Of a DNA stretch of 64,000 bases, positions 37,880-50,089 are shown piece after piece. Source of the stretch: Vicugna vicugna (Eukaryota); NCBI GenBank assembly GCA_013265495.1, contig MU058198.1, positions 5,595,779 through 5,659,778 of the forward strand, given 5' to 3'. A model generated the notes under the pieces. The model was not told where the DNA came from, made no database searches, and saw only the letters and a list, made by a program, of their open reading frames with translations. A program made the translations under genes and the position numbers. Position 1 is the stretch's first letter, and each line of letters begins with the position of its first letter.

Positions 37880-38948
37880 CATCAAACATCATCTATACAC
37901 TGACGACTTCTGTATCTAAGCCCTGGTTAGGACCCCTCCGATGATCGCCAAGCTCAAATACCCAAGAGTCTATTCACAACTCCACTCGGCTGTCTAACAG
38001 GCATCTCACAATCAACACAACCAAGTGGAACTCCCGATGTCCCCCCACCCCACCTGTGCTCCTCCCACAATTTTCCCATCTGTATATAGCGCAACACAAT
38101 TTTCTCAATTGCTCAGGTCAAAAACACCATCTCCCTCATTCTCTTGCACAGCACATATCTAATCTCTCAGCAAATTCTGCTGGATCTCCCTTCAAAGTAT
38201 TCCAAGCACCTGACTCCATCTTGCTAGCCCAAACCACCATCCTCCCTCACCGGGATTCCTGCAGCAGCCTCCCTCAGTTCTCCCCGTGACTGCCCCGCTC
38301 CCTTGGGTCTGCTTCCAACACAACGGCCACAGGAATGCTTTTGAACTGTGAGTCGGATCGTGTCACTCCTCTTTCCAAAGTCCTTCCCATCTCACTCAGA
38401 GTAAAAGCTGGACCCCCAGCAGTGTTCCCCAGGACCAGTTTGCATGATCCCAGCCCTCATTAGTTCTCTGAACTTACCCTGTACTACTCTCTCCCCCTCC
38501 CTCCCTCCACTCCACATACACTGGACGCCGTGCCCTTCCCTGACCATGGCAGGCATGCTCTGGACTCACAGCTTTTGGCCCTCCTGTCCCCTCTGCCAGG
38601 AACACCTTTATCAGCGGCCAGTGTAGCTAGCTCCCTTGGATCTTTCCCCAAATGCCACCTCCTCCATGAAGCATTCCCTCCCCATCCTACTTAAACTGCA
38701 CCACCACCAGCCCCTCACCTGCAAGTCCGCTTTTCTGCTTTATTTATTCCTTAACGCTTGTCATCACCTCAGATACTTCCATTTTACCTATTTACTCGGT
38801 TTTCTGCCTTTCCAACTAGACTGAAAGGTCCACGAAGCCCCAAAGTTTTGTCTATGTTTACTCACTGCCATATCCCCAACACTCAAAACAGTCTCTGGTA
38901 AATAACTGACACTCAACAAATATTTCCCAAATAAATGGATGAATAAAT
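37880..38948 (+). mobile_element. L2 LINE 3' portion
   Basis: GTCTAACAGGCATCTCA, GATCGTGTCACTCCTCT, CAAATGCCACCTCCTC; ends CTCAACAAATATTT...AATGGATGAATAAA. Confidence 0.88.
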
Positions 38949-38964
38949 TCACTTCAACGCTTTT

Positions 38965-39365
38965 TGGGTAAATTGATTCCCTATTTAACAAGAGTAAATT
39001 CATTTTTAAAGGAAATGTATATCTAGACTGCAAATGAACCAGAATCAATAGTCATACAGAGAAGTTATCCAGAAAAAGAAATACAATGAAAAGAAAATGC
39101 TGTTATTAAATCTAGCTAGATATTGTTGCCAGCCCATCTCTAAGCCTGCAGCATAAACTCTCTTTTCTAAAAAGGGAGATCAGCAAGTGTTTAAAGACAG
39201 ACTAGCACCAAACTGAGACTGTTATTTGACTAATCAAAAGAGTCAATAAAGAATTGAAAGATAAATAGCTTTCCAACTCTTTGATTCAATGTTAACTGTT
39301 CGTGGGTCTGTGTATCATCCCCCTACCATCCGTAAATATTGAGCATCCCACACTTCTGGAAGCAA
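38965..39365. mobile_element. MER113-like hAT-Charlie DNA transposon fragment
   Basis: AAAGGGAGATCAGCAAGTGTT...ACTAGCACCAAACTGAGACT...TGATTCAATGTTA...CCACACTT. Confidence 0.7.
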
Positions 39366-39756
39366 TGAAATAGATATTAATGACCTTCCATTTTCTGAGC
39401 ATCAGTTCCTCCCACAATTTCCCCCCATCTATCTAGGGCAACTCAATTTTCTCAATTGCTTAGGTCAAAAGCAATATCATCATCTCCCTCATTCTCTTAC
39501 CTAGTACATAGCAAATCTGTCAGCGAATCCTCTTTGCTCTGCCTGCAAAATACACCTAGGATCTGACCACATATTACTACTTGCAGTAACCCTCTTCTTA
39601 GTTGTTGGGTAGGGAGGTACCAAGAGGGGTTGCACGTGGATAGTGCCCCAAAGACATTTACAATGCGGATGAGAGATGGAACACGCATGTAATTGACATG
39701 TACATGGTGGAGGGTAGAACACTGTAAACTCTGCAAGAGATGCAGAGACCACGCGC

Positions 39757-40161
39757 TGTGGGACCTGTGGTTCATTAGACTAATGTCCAGCAAATACTTG
39801 TTTACACACATACACACACATCCTCATAAGAAGAACGTGCCTCTTTGCACACTGATATTAGGGGCTCGGACGTGTGGTTTGCTTTGTCCAATAAGATGTG
39901 AGCAGAAGTGACAGTTTGTGAATTCAGAGTCAAGGCTTTAAGAAACATTGCACATTGCAGCTGGTCCTGTGGGAGCATTCAAATTCTTTCTTGGGAAAAG
40001 CATGTCTCAGCCAGCCATTCCCCTTCCAGCCTGAAGCATGCAGGGCTGCCCCTGCTAACCTGCAGGGACATGGGCAAGAAACAAATGCTTATTTTTATGT
40101 GCTGCTGAGTGTAGGGGCTGTTTATTATGCATCATGAATGTGACCAGAGCTGATTAAGACA
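39757..40161 (+). mobile_element. MLT1 (ERVL-MaLR) solo LTR
   Basis: TTGCTTTGTCCAATAAGATGTGAGCAGAAGTGACA and a 3' end AGCTGATTAAGACA. Confidence 0.8.
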
Positions 40162-40507
40162 GAAACTGACAAGAAGAAGAGGTGATTTTGACTGGAAATC
40201 AATTAGGGATATTTCCTGATCAGGGTGGCATTGCAGGTGGACTTCGCAACACTCACACCATATCCAAGGCACTGTGGGTTGCGAACCAATGGGGTCTGAG
40301 AAGAAAATATCCCAGAGAAGGCTATGCCAGGGATGGGAAACATCTCTGAAAACTGCTTACGACCTCACAGCCCATAAAGGATAAGAAAGAAGGAAAAAGA
40401 AGAGAAAGCTCAAGAGGCTTGTTTTTCCCTCTAAGTACTTGGTCGTTTGGTGTTCGCTCTCGCGCGGTTTGTCCATCTGTGCGTCTGCCTGCCCTGGAAG
40501 CGTCAGC

Positions 40508-40521
40508 GCGCCCCCTTCTGT
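40508..40521 (-). promoter_or_regulatory. Candidate CTCF site
   Basis: Reverse complement ACAGAAGGGGGCGC versus the CTCF core CCASYAGRKGGCRS (2 mismatches), inside a small CpG-dense patch. Confidence 0.4.
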
Positions 40522-40619
40522 TTCCATGAGAAGCCTGCCGCCACTCCGATCAGAGCCAGCACCGCGACGTGCATCCTCGTATGTGTGCCCTTGAGGACTG
40601 GTAAGAATCTGTCCCAACA

Positions 40620-41125
40620 TGAGTGTCCCCAAAGACAAGAGCCTGAGACAAGGACTCAACTCGGGGTGTTTGAGAGGTTTCTTTGGGAAAGCAGGAGTGA
40701 GGGAGTCAGAGGGGAGAGTGAGAAGGAAGGCCAAGTGAAATGTACCTGGAGAGCAGGTGATGCTGTGGGCACCTGGGGCTCAGTCACATTGGGGAGCCTC
40801 TGAGGAACCCCATAGAACCTTCCCTGGAACTGCCGCCCCCAGAGAATGAGAGGCATTTATCCACCACCCGTCATCCTCCTTTGACTGAGGGTCTCCCCAG
40901 TGATGTGAACTCCCTTCCACCACTTCTTGGTGGCACCTGCCCTGAACTGAGGGGCCTTCCACTGAGGCAGATACAAAAGAGATACAAAAAAGCATCCGAA
41001 GCCTGACGTAGGACGCTGTCCACCCTCCCAGTGCTGAAATCAGACGTGCAGAGGGGATATGGCTCGGTGCAGCAAACTTGTCTGCTACAGCTGGGAGAGG
41101 GGAGGGGGCATTTCAGCAGAGGCCA
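40620..41125 (-). mobile_element. ERVL LTR (LTR16/LTR33-like)
   Basis: CCCCAAAGACAAGAGCCTGAGACAAGGACTC...AGCAGGAGTGAGGGAG antisense motif. Confidence 0.6.
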
Positions 41126-41129
41126 ACCA

Positions 41130-41575
41130 CACATGCCTCAGACTCAACACATTCCAGGCTAGGTCATCATCCCCTCTCCAAAACCCTGCTCTTTGCCCCA
41201 AATTTCTAAGCTCAGGGAATGGCCCACCACCTACTCCACTTTTGACACTTCAGAGGTATCATCCATTTCTCCCTTTCCCCTACCTTTCAAATCAAAACAT
41301 GGACTCTGAGTCAGAGCCAGAATATTCCCCGACCACCATCACCACCACTCCAACAGTCACCCTCCCCCATTACCCTGCTGTGTTTTCTCACAGCACCATC
41401 ATGCTTCCAAATGTGCTTGCTTACTCACTGCTGATGTGTCTGTCATCTGCTTCCATGCCTGGGATGTAAGCTCCAGAAAGTAAGACCTTCTCTTCCTGGT
41501 TCACCCCTGTATCTCCAGTGCCCAGGACGGTATCTGGTAAGAGATTGTCACTAGGTAAGTGTCTGCTGAGTGAAG
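41130..41575 (+). mobile_element. L2 fragments with 3' end
   Basis: ATGCCTCAGACTCAACA, GATGTAAGCTCCAGAAAG and CTGTATCTCCAGTGCCCAGGAC. Confidence 0.75.
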
Positions 41576-42984
41576 AGGTAGCTCATGGGGAAGGGAGTCC
41601 AAAGGCTCATCTGGTTTCATCAAGGCAAAGGTCAGTTCACCATCACCGTGTCTGTCCCCTTCAAGCTGGCCCCAAATATATGTGGCATACATGAAGCATT
41701 ATGCACAAACCCACCCCCTGGACAAGGAGGAAGGCTACAGGAAGTAAACAATTTTATGTAGACCATCCAAGTTGGAAAAAAAAAGTCTGTTGGATCTTTG
41801 AGGTTCAACATACCTGTTGTAATTTTTTTCAGCCGTACAATTTTGCATTTCAGTGAACGGCAGGGGAGTTGCCAACAGCCAGCAATCCTCTACCCAGCCC
41901 TACCTGGGCCCCCCACCTACTCCCCCTCCTCTTCAGAGCTGTGGCCTCCCTATCTCGCCCACCAGCTCCTCAAGGACGCTCACCATCAATACCAGACCCG
42001 GGGAGGGGGGGACATTTCTCTTGCTGGTGTACCAGAATTTCCTTCCTGAGAGGAGAACACAAAGATTAACTAGGTGAGGAATTTCTCCCTTGGCTCTGAA
42101 GCTTGGCACATTTGTCTGATCCAGCACATATTCTCCTGGAGACAGGCTAAATTAAAATACTAATGGACTGCTGTATTTAAAATATATTTACCAATGATTA
42201 ACAGCTTGGTAGGTGATGTATGTTTCAATAATTTCTTATTACAACGTGGGGAAATCTCAATAAATATTCTCAGGGTAATTAGCGGGTGTTTATTTAACAT
42301 TCAGTTATGTTTTCCTGCACACCCAGAAGTGTGTCATTGTGTCAGCCAGACCCCTCCCTCATACAGAGAGGGACCCAGCCCTCGGGAAATAGCCCTCCCG
42401 CAGAGATATTTGGTTTGGGCCACATTATTGCTGAATAAGTTTTAGGTGATCTGTTGCTAGCTTTAAGAAGAGAATGCACATAAAAGTTTTCACTTGCAGC
42501 TTCTCTGACACTTCTGAAAATCTGGTAACACCCAGCTTTCCCCCAGAGCCACCCTCAGTGGAGACTAAGTCACAGCTATCCACTGTACCAGAGTGATTAT
42601 TTAAAGATCAGCCCAGGCCCCACAGGTATTTAAGTTTGCAACTCTGACATGCTCTGACCAGTCTTGCACTGGGCCACCTCAAGGATGATGCTCAAACACT
42701 GCACAAATGCCACAGGCAGAGATGTTAGCAAAGGAACAGGTAGAGGGGACCACTGCTCAGACTTCTGGGACACTGGCCAGCTGGACCAGGCCACCCATGT
42801 GCAGCCACACCCTGGAGCCTCTCTTCCCTTGACCCCCAAACCAAGCAGGGTAGAGAACACTGGTTGGTATACAGTCTAGACTCAAAGCCATGAGTGTCTG
42901 GCTCAAAACACAGTGCCCTTAACCACCACTGATCTATTGTCTGGGCAGCTGGAGTGAGCGTAGCTAGGTGCCTACCTCATGTCT

Positions 42985-43025
42985 ACACACACACGCATAC
43001 ACACACACACACACACACACACACA
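42985..43025 (+). repeat. (CA)n microsatellite
   Basis: Seen directly. Confidence 0.95.
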
Positions 43026-43089
43026 TCCCAAGCCCAGATTTTGTCCAGGATAGCAATGTGTTCAGCTAAAACATTAATCTCACCACCTC

Positions 43090-43457
43090 CTTTGCACATA
43101 AAAGTACCAACATGGCCCAGTTCCGACCAATGGGTTCTAAGCACGAATCCCTAGAGAGAGCCTTCCTTCCCCGGCAGGCAGTGTCTTCCTAGGAAAAACC
43201 CTTGGCCCAACTTCCCAGCCTGATCCAGAAACTTCCATGCAATCCTCTCACTCTTTTTGTCTATCAAAATTGAGAACCCAGAGGAGTACAGAGCCATAGA
43301 GGAGACAGAACACGGGTCCCCAAAAGACTCCATGAAGCAGAGCCCCTGCGCCGGCCCATACTGGACCGCTATGTGAGTAAGAAATTTTTGTCGCATTAAA
43401 GCCACTGACATTTGGGGATTGCCTATTACCACAATCAGCCTATCCTGTTGAACATAC
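43090..43457 (+). mobile_element. MLT1-type LTR fragment
   Basis: ATGTGAGTAAGAAATTTTTGTCGCATTAAAGCCACTGACATTTGGGGATTG 3' motif. Confidence 0.7.
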
Positions 43458-45664
43458 CCATTTATCTCTCTTACCAAAAGCCAGGAAGGTAGACAGTGTT
43501 TTGAAGACCTTCCCATTAGTCCTAATGCTGATTCCCACTGGTGCTGGCTCCTAGGGTGGGGAAGCCATCCTCTGTCCGCCCCTTGAATAGGGCTCCCCCA
43601 AGGGCCCACCAAAAGGAGGGATGAAGCTCTCTTCCAAGCCAGAAGCATTCGCCTCGGGTCAGCCTTCCTAGTGGGTCCAGTCCTGGCCAACTCTGGTCAG
43701 GGCCCTGGGAGGGAGGCAGAAATTCTGACCCTGCTTCTCTCAGCCTCATACTGCAGAGTCCTGATCTCATCTCTAACCCAAAGGCTGCCCTGAGGCTCCC
43801 CCCTTTGGGTCCTAGTTCTTGACCGTGACCCCACTCCTCCTTCAGCCAAGGAGGGAATCACCATCAAATCTCACAAGAACGGAGCAAAACCAGCAGCTCT
43901 GCTATGGACCCCATGATCAGCTGGAGCCCCGCTGACAATCTGGGCTCCTCCCTGTGCGCATAGCTGACTTTTCCCAGCCTTGTCACTCCCAGGGAAATAA
44001 CTACGCTCAGGTGCACTTTTCATGAGCATCAGTACTGACCCAAGGGTGGATGCTTCAAACTTGGATGAGCCACTTCATCTCCTTCTGTGGAAATCTCTTG
44101 GGTGAGCTCCCTTCAGGGCAGATGGCCAATGGTCCTCCCCACCGAGCCCCACCCTGAGGGGCTCAGAACTGTGGCCAAAGGGATGGTTTCCAAAGAGCTG
44201 GAAATGCCCAGCCAGGGAAGTCTGCCCTCTGCACTACCCGTGTCATCATCCCAATCCAATGTGACCGCCCCTCCCTTCTTACATGCAGATCAGCTCTCTG
44301 GGCAGTGCCTCATGGGGGAGCAGAATGAGAGGGAAGCTAGAAGGACTATGGTTGTTGATGGTGGCCCAGAGAGAAAGCAAAGACAGCCCAGGCTGTCATT
44401 CCAAAGATGAGGGGAGTGCCGTCCAGGGAATGTCCTGGAATGTAAATCCAGTGGATGGGAGGACGGTGCTACATCCTCAGTCCATCAACCCTGCCCCATG
44501 CTGTGGAGCTCCCATCCGGTACTAATTGCCCCAGCCCATCTCAAACTCCACGCCTCTCCCAACCTATCTGTGCCCTTGGGAAGGGACTCCATAATAACTT
44601 CTGTTGGTCCCTACTCAGATTCTGTCCTCAGGGAAAAATGGCCAATGGTGGCATCACCTTACCCCTCAGGCCTGACTTTCAGTCTTATTCCTCAGTACTT
44701 CACTGCTCCCCTTACCTGCTTTTAAGTACTCCGGAAAACATCCCACCCCCTGCCCAGCCCAGCCCCGGGACTTCGCTATACAGCCTCTCTCTATCTCTCT
44801 GTCCCTGGCTTTCTCTCTGCCTCTGTCTCTCCCTCTTTATCTCTCTCTCTCTAGCTCTTAGTTCTCCCAAACCTGTCTCCCTCTTGTCCTTCTCTCCATG
44901 TCACTTTGAATATCGTTATTTCTCTAGATCCCTGCCCCACCCCCATCCACTCTCCCTCCCTCCCTCATCACTCAAAATCCCATCTCTGGGGGAGTGAGGG
45001 GGGCCGAGGCCAGCAGGACGAGCAGCCCGAGCAGAAGGCAGTGTTTGATTTCTCTGCAGAAGGGCTGTAAATTCCCCCTGCCACTCTCTGCCGGAAGAGA
45101 CCTGTCTCACTGCGTCTCAGCGGCTGGCGGTGAGGACAAGAAGCGCAGACCTGGGGAGGCAGGAAGCCCTGACCCAGGGCTGGGGCTGGAGGAGAGGGAG
45201 TGTGGGCTCAGGGGCCTCTCTTAGGTCTGCTCATATCAAAACCACACATCTCTTCTCTTCAGCAACTTCTGCTGAGCTTCGCCCAACCACCAATAAATGG
45301 TGTTCTTGTGGCTTGTGGGGCACTGAAGCACATGCAGGTCCAATCGTGGACCCCAAAGAATCCCCCCCCACACACAAAGGGCTCTAGCTGTTACTTTCAC
45401 TTATAATCGCCCTCTGGGTCTCTCTCCACATTTCTGGGTCTCAGGATGGTCTCCAGCCCTCATTAGCATTGCTGTTTACACACTTAAAACCCAATTTCAC
45501 TGTAATTTCTCCGACCCTTGGTAGCGTTGACAGATTTGGCCAATGGACAAACTTTATGCAGCCTGCAGTATTTTTAAATCATTTTAATTAATTGCCAACT
45601 CTTAGAAATTAGAAAATTCCATGTTAAAATTTACTTTTCAGGGTTCTGTTTCAGTGTAGTCAGC

Positions 45665-46240
45665 CCACACAGAGAGTCTGTCACCCTACAAAGGAGAAGA
45701 CTGCAAATAATCTACAAAGTCATTTTTCCCAAACCCATCAGAGAGCTGAGGTTACCCAGCATCCACACAGCTTGAAATCTAAGGGGAGAGAGGCCACTCC
45801 AAAGCAAGTCAGGACAGGAAGTCAGGACAGGAAATCTGGCTCAAGAGGACAGGGCAGACCCCATTCTGATGAGACAGAAAAACTCAGCTCAAGTTTAGAG
45901 GCCCACTCAAGGTCAAATGCAGCCTCGAGACCGTCAGGACTCCCTGGGAGCCCCACTCAAGAGTCCAGCCTCACTGGTGGGCTCTTCCCTACCAGCCTTC
46001 ACGGGCTCACAGGAAGGACAGCAGGAAAGCAGCCAGAAAGGGCAGCCTTGTTCTCAGCAGTGCAGGCCTGGTGAAGGGACCCGGTGCCCCTACGAGAAAC
46101 GCTGGAAACCCACCCCCACGCTCCCCACCATCCGTGTTCAGATCCTCCTCTCATATGGAGAAAACCCGGCTGTTCTCCAGGCTCAGGTGAGGAGCTGCTG
46201 TCCTCTGCTGGGGAGGGAAGCAAAGAATAAACCTTCTACC
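45665..46240 (+). mobile_element. Old L1 5' UTR-like fragment (L1M-type)
   Basis: AACCCATCAGAGAGCTGAGGTTAC...TGAAATCTAAGG, typical of old L1M 5' ends. Confidence 0.6.
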
Positions 46241-47399
46241 TAAGAGGGATGCGCAGGAAATAGCAGTGCACCGTCAGCCGGAATTGCACCACAGCAAGAA
46301 CTCCGGTTAGAACCGCCACCACCTCTGGAATCCCTCTCAAGTCCTGGCCATCACAAAGCACCTGCCCCCACCCCTTGCTCGGCCCCACACAGCGTACCTC
46401 AAACCTCCAACGTTCCACCTTTATGCCACTCATCACAGGACTACTTGCTAACTGCCATGACAACCCTAAAATATCGGCGGGGGCGTGACACAATCAAACA
46501 TTTGTATCTTCTTCATGTCAGTCTGATGCAGGTGCAGAGCTTGCTCAGAATCAAACACCTGTAAGAGGCAGAGGTGGGATCAACCCACACAGCCTGGCCC
46601 AGCATTCCTGCCCTGGTCGCTACAGTAGGATCAACTGCTCGTAAGGTTTGTCGTGTTTGCTTTGGAGGTCTACCAGCATACGTGACCACACACGACAGGG
46701 ATGCCCAATGAGCCCCCAGATGGATGTGGCATCCCCTACCCCAGGACAAGGAAATGTCCTATTTTCCTTCAAGCTTTCCAATCATGGAGCACAAGTCAAA
46801 GTTTTCCGACGCCTGAGAAATAAGATTTGGATGAGGGCTTTGATCAGACAGATAACGCCAAAGACCATGAGCAGAAGTCTCAGCTCTGGACAAGTTCAAG
46901 GCTGCATCAGACGAGGAGATCAAGGCCCCAGCTGACGCTGTCAGGGGCTACAATGACCCTCCTGTGGAGTTCCTGCCTCTCCACTCTGCTCTGTCCTCGA
47001 GTAAGCAAATATTTTTGAGTGGCTAAGCTAATAAGCATAAGCACATAGTAGGTGCTCAACAGATACTTACGGAAAAGAATTTTTACTATTGGAAAAAGAG
47101 AAAATAAATGAATAAGTGAACAAAGGATCTGCGTACGGGATCCGTAATTTGTCTTTTCTCCTCCGTAAACTTGCACTTGAGCTGGGCGGAAGGTGTCTCC
47201 AACGCCAGACAGAGCCATTGGCCCCCCCAAACAGCTTCAAGAACGTCTTTGCTCCTTGGCCATATCTAGGTGGTCTCAGTTAAGGGGGGTCTAACGAAAT
47301 GAAAGGAATCCATCAAATCGGATGGATGTGGGTGACAGGTTAGCAGCTGTGACAACCATCAGAACAATAACAGGCAGGAAAGTGTTGGGGTAAGTCTGG

Positions 47400-47625
47400 G
47401 TAGGACCGTGAATTCGGTAACCAGATGCTTGAGTGTGAATCTTAAGTGAGGGTACGTTCCGATCCAGTCTTTCATTCCTCATTTGTAAAGTGGAGGAATA
47501 ACAGCGTTTACTTCATGATGTCACCATAAGGATTAGGCGAGTTAATGTTAAATGTGAGTTAGTTGTTTAGAACGGTACCTGGCTCAGAAGAAATTTTACG
47601 GAAGCGTTTTCTGCCATCATTATTG
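47400..47625 (+). mobile_element. MIR SINE
   Basis: TTCCTCATTTGTAAAGTGGAGGAATAAC...AGGATTAGGCGAGTTAATG...TTAGAACGGTACCTGGC. Confidence 0.8.
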
Positions 47626-48529
47626 AATAACCCTTATGCCAGGGAATCACCCAACATTACTTCAAGCCGTAGCTCTCAGAAACCAAATCCATTTCCTGAA
47701 TCCCAGCAATCAAGAAGATTTATCAAAGCTCTGACTTCATAAAATCTAAATGAGGACAACTCTTCAGGTGCCACAAATGGCTTCCACTTCCACCACATAC
47801 CCTGCTTTTGGGAGCCAAGGACACAGTCATCAGAGAAGGTAGGAGAAACACTGAGAAACCAGTCCAAAAAGGTCAACTCCTGGGCAGTCTAGACAAACAT
47901 CTCAATTTTCCTGGCACCCAGGAATCGACTTCCCTGTCTTCATCCCAACAGCCCTGAGGGTCCCGTCCTGATCCCTCTGCTGCAGCCCTTGAATGACAGA
48001 TACACTTCATGAGCCTTCTAGAACTTCAGAGATAGCTGCCCTGAAAATCTAAAGTGCTGAGATCAATGCCTTTTAGGATTCCCTAGGGAGAGTATTCTGG
48101 GTCCCCAGGAGGTCAGTGCCCCTTTCCCATCTGCCGTGGCGATGCCCTCTCCTACCCCGTGCCTTCTCCATTAACCCAGAGCCCTGAGTTGGTTAAACAG
48201 CTGCGGCCCCTGTGAGACTCAGAGATGCAAAGGCCATTCGTCCGGCTGCATGGGGCTGAGAATCTGAGAGACGCAAATGCCAGGCCAGATCAATAAAGCT
48301 CTGAATGGATTGGAGAAATGAGGTTTGAGCTTTGGAGTACCTGCTTAGCCGAGGCCCTGGAGAAGGCGATGGATAATAGGTGGTGAGTGCCTCAGTCAGC
48401 ATGCATGGCAGCCCCCAGTGAGAGGGCGGGGAAGCCAGACTCCAAAGAAAGATCTAGAGTGGGAGAAGAAAGTCCCGGGTTCCAGTCTGAGGCCACCACT
48501 AATTCACCATACGAGCTGCTCTCTGGGCA

Positions 48530-48990
48530 GCATAAAGAAGTCCGGCTCTGGGACCAAAGTTTCAGGTTCAAACCCTGGCTCTACTCCTCACCAGTAGTGT
48601 GACACTGGGAAAATGACTCAGCCTTTCTGATTTTCAATTTCCTCATCTGAAAAGTGGGGTTAACACTAGCACTCACAGGGGAGGGTATAGCTCAGTGGTA
48701 GAGTGCCTGCTTAGCATACACTCCTGGGTTCAATCCCCAGAACCTCCAGTTAAAAATAAATAAATAAGTAAACCTAATTACCTCCCCCAACTAAAAAAGA
48801 AAAAAATTTTTTTTAATTTTTAAATTAAAAAAAAACTTTAAAAAGATTTTTTTTAAAGAGTACAAAACAAAACAAAACAAAAAATAGTATTCACATCATT
48901 GGACTGAGCAAGCTTTAAGTAAAATCAATTCACGTAAAGCTTTTAGAAGAGTCCCCGTTGCATGGTAAGCATTACTAACAGTACTAGCAT
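48530..48990 (+). mobile_element. MIR SINE split by a camelid-type SINE
   Basis: GGTTCAAACCCTGGCTCTAC...TTTCCTCATCTGAAAAGTGGGG before 48677; resumes after 48895. Confidence 0.85.
48678..48879 (+). mobile_element. tRNA-derived camelid-type SINE (Vic-1-like) with extended AT tail
   Basis: GGGGAGGGTATAGCTCAGTGGTAGAGTGCCTGCTTAGCA...TGGGTTCAATCCCCAG; degenerate TSD AACACTAGCACTCACA (48662-48677) / AAAAATAGTATTCACA (48880-48895). Confidence 0.93.
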
Positions 48991-49605
48991 TACTAACATT
49001 AGCTCATGTTACTGAAAACAATGAGAAAGGAGGATTGTTCTGGAACAGAGATGGCCAGCACTGAGGAGGGCCATTCCTGTGCCTTTTCCTCTGTGAGTCA
49101 AGGTAAATACCACAGAACGGGTTCTCATCACCAGTCATCTCTTTCACCCAGTACTCAACAGAGAAACAGCCATCTGAACCAAAGCTAGGAGAAAACTCGG
49201 CTGTCTTGCACTCATTGAGGAAAAGCACAGTGTACACAAAATAACAGGCTCTGTACTTCACCAGCAATTTGATACACTCTTCCAAAATTTTGGCTCTCCA
49301 TTATTTCCTCCTTACGTTCTGGCTTTGGAACCTAAGCTCCACGTACAAAGCAGTTGTCCGGGTTTCACTCACCTGCCTACTCTGGAATGTCAACTGCCTG
49401 GAATGTTAGGTGGAGGGTGATATTAAGACTCAGTGACGAGGAGTTCTGAGATAGACTGGCAATGTCTGGCATGGGCAGTGATGTCTCCCTCGTCAAGTTA
49501 ACTTCCCAAGGACTTCTGCTTCTGAAAATCTAGGTGCTTATGAAACTCACCAGTGGGACAAAGGGTAAAGATGCAGGAGCAGAGAAACAGCAAACTAAGG
49601 GTCTG

Positions 49606-49729
49606 TTTGGTTTTTTTTAATAGACCTTATTTTTTGAGCAGTTTCAGGTTTACAGCAGAATTGAGCAGAAAATACAGAGTTCCCACAGAAAATACAGAGG
49701 GCTATGTGGGAACATATATACCCCCCTAC
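49606..49729 (-). mobile_element. Short L1 (L1MC-like) 3'-terminal insertion with internal rearrangement
   Basis: TTTTTGAGCAGTTTCAGGTTTACAGCAGAATTGAGCAGAAAATACAGAG; perfect 11-bp TSD CTAAGGGTCTG at 49595-49605 and 49730-49740. Confidence 0.85.
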
Positions 49730-50089
49730 CTAAGGGTCTGATTTTAAGCAGCAAGGTACATCTGATAGAGCCACCCCTATGCCTAGGATCTGGTGCCTTC
49801 TCCCACGGCCACAGAGACCCATGAAATCACCTAAACACAGAGAAAGGGTTCTGCCGACTAACATGCTGTGTGATCTCAAGCAAGCCCCTTCCTCCCCAAG
49901 TTTCCACAGCTGTAAAATGAGGTAGGTGAACCTTGAAATTTAAGGAATGGGTCAGATGTTAATGCTATTAGGTATGCCTGACCTCACTTCTGATGCCACA
50001 GATTGGGGCAACACCGCCCTGATGTGGGAGCCAAACGTCTGCAAGGGATATGAGAACAGGGATAACACCGTTAGCTTCATTGGCATATA

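Noticed and set aside
40557..40575. REST/RE1 site (CAGCACCGCGACG)
   Set aside because: Only the left half matches; the GGACAG right half is absent.
43151..44997. 179-aa and 180-aa ORFs
   Set aside because: They overlap an MLT1 LTR and a CT-rich low-complexity tract; chance ORFs in GC-rich DNA.
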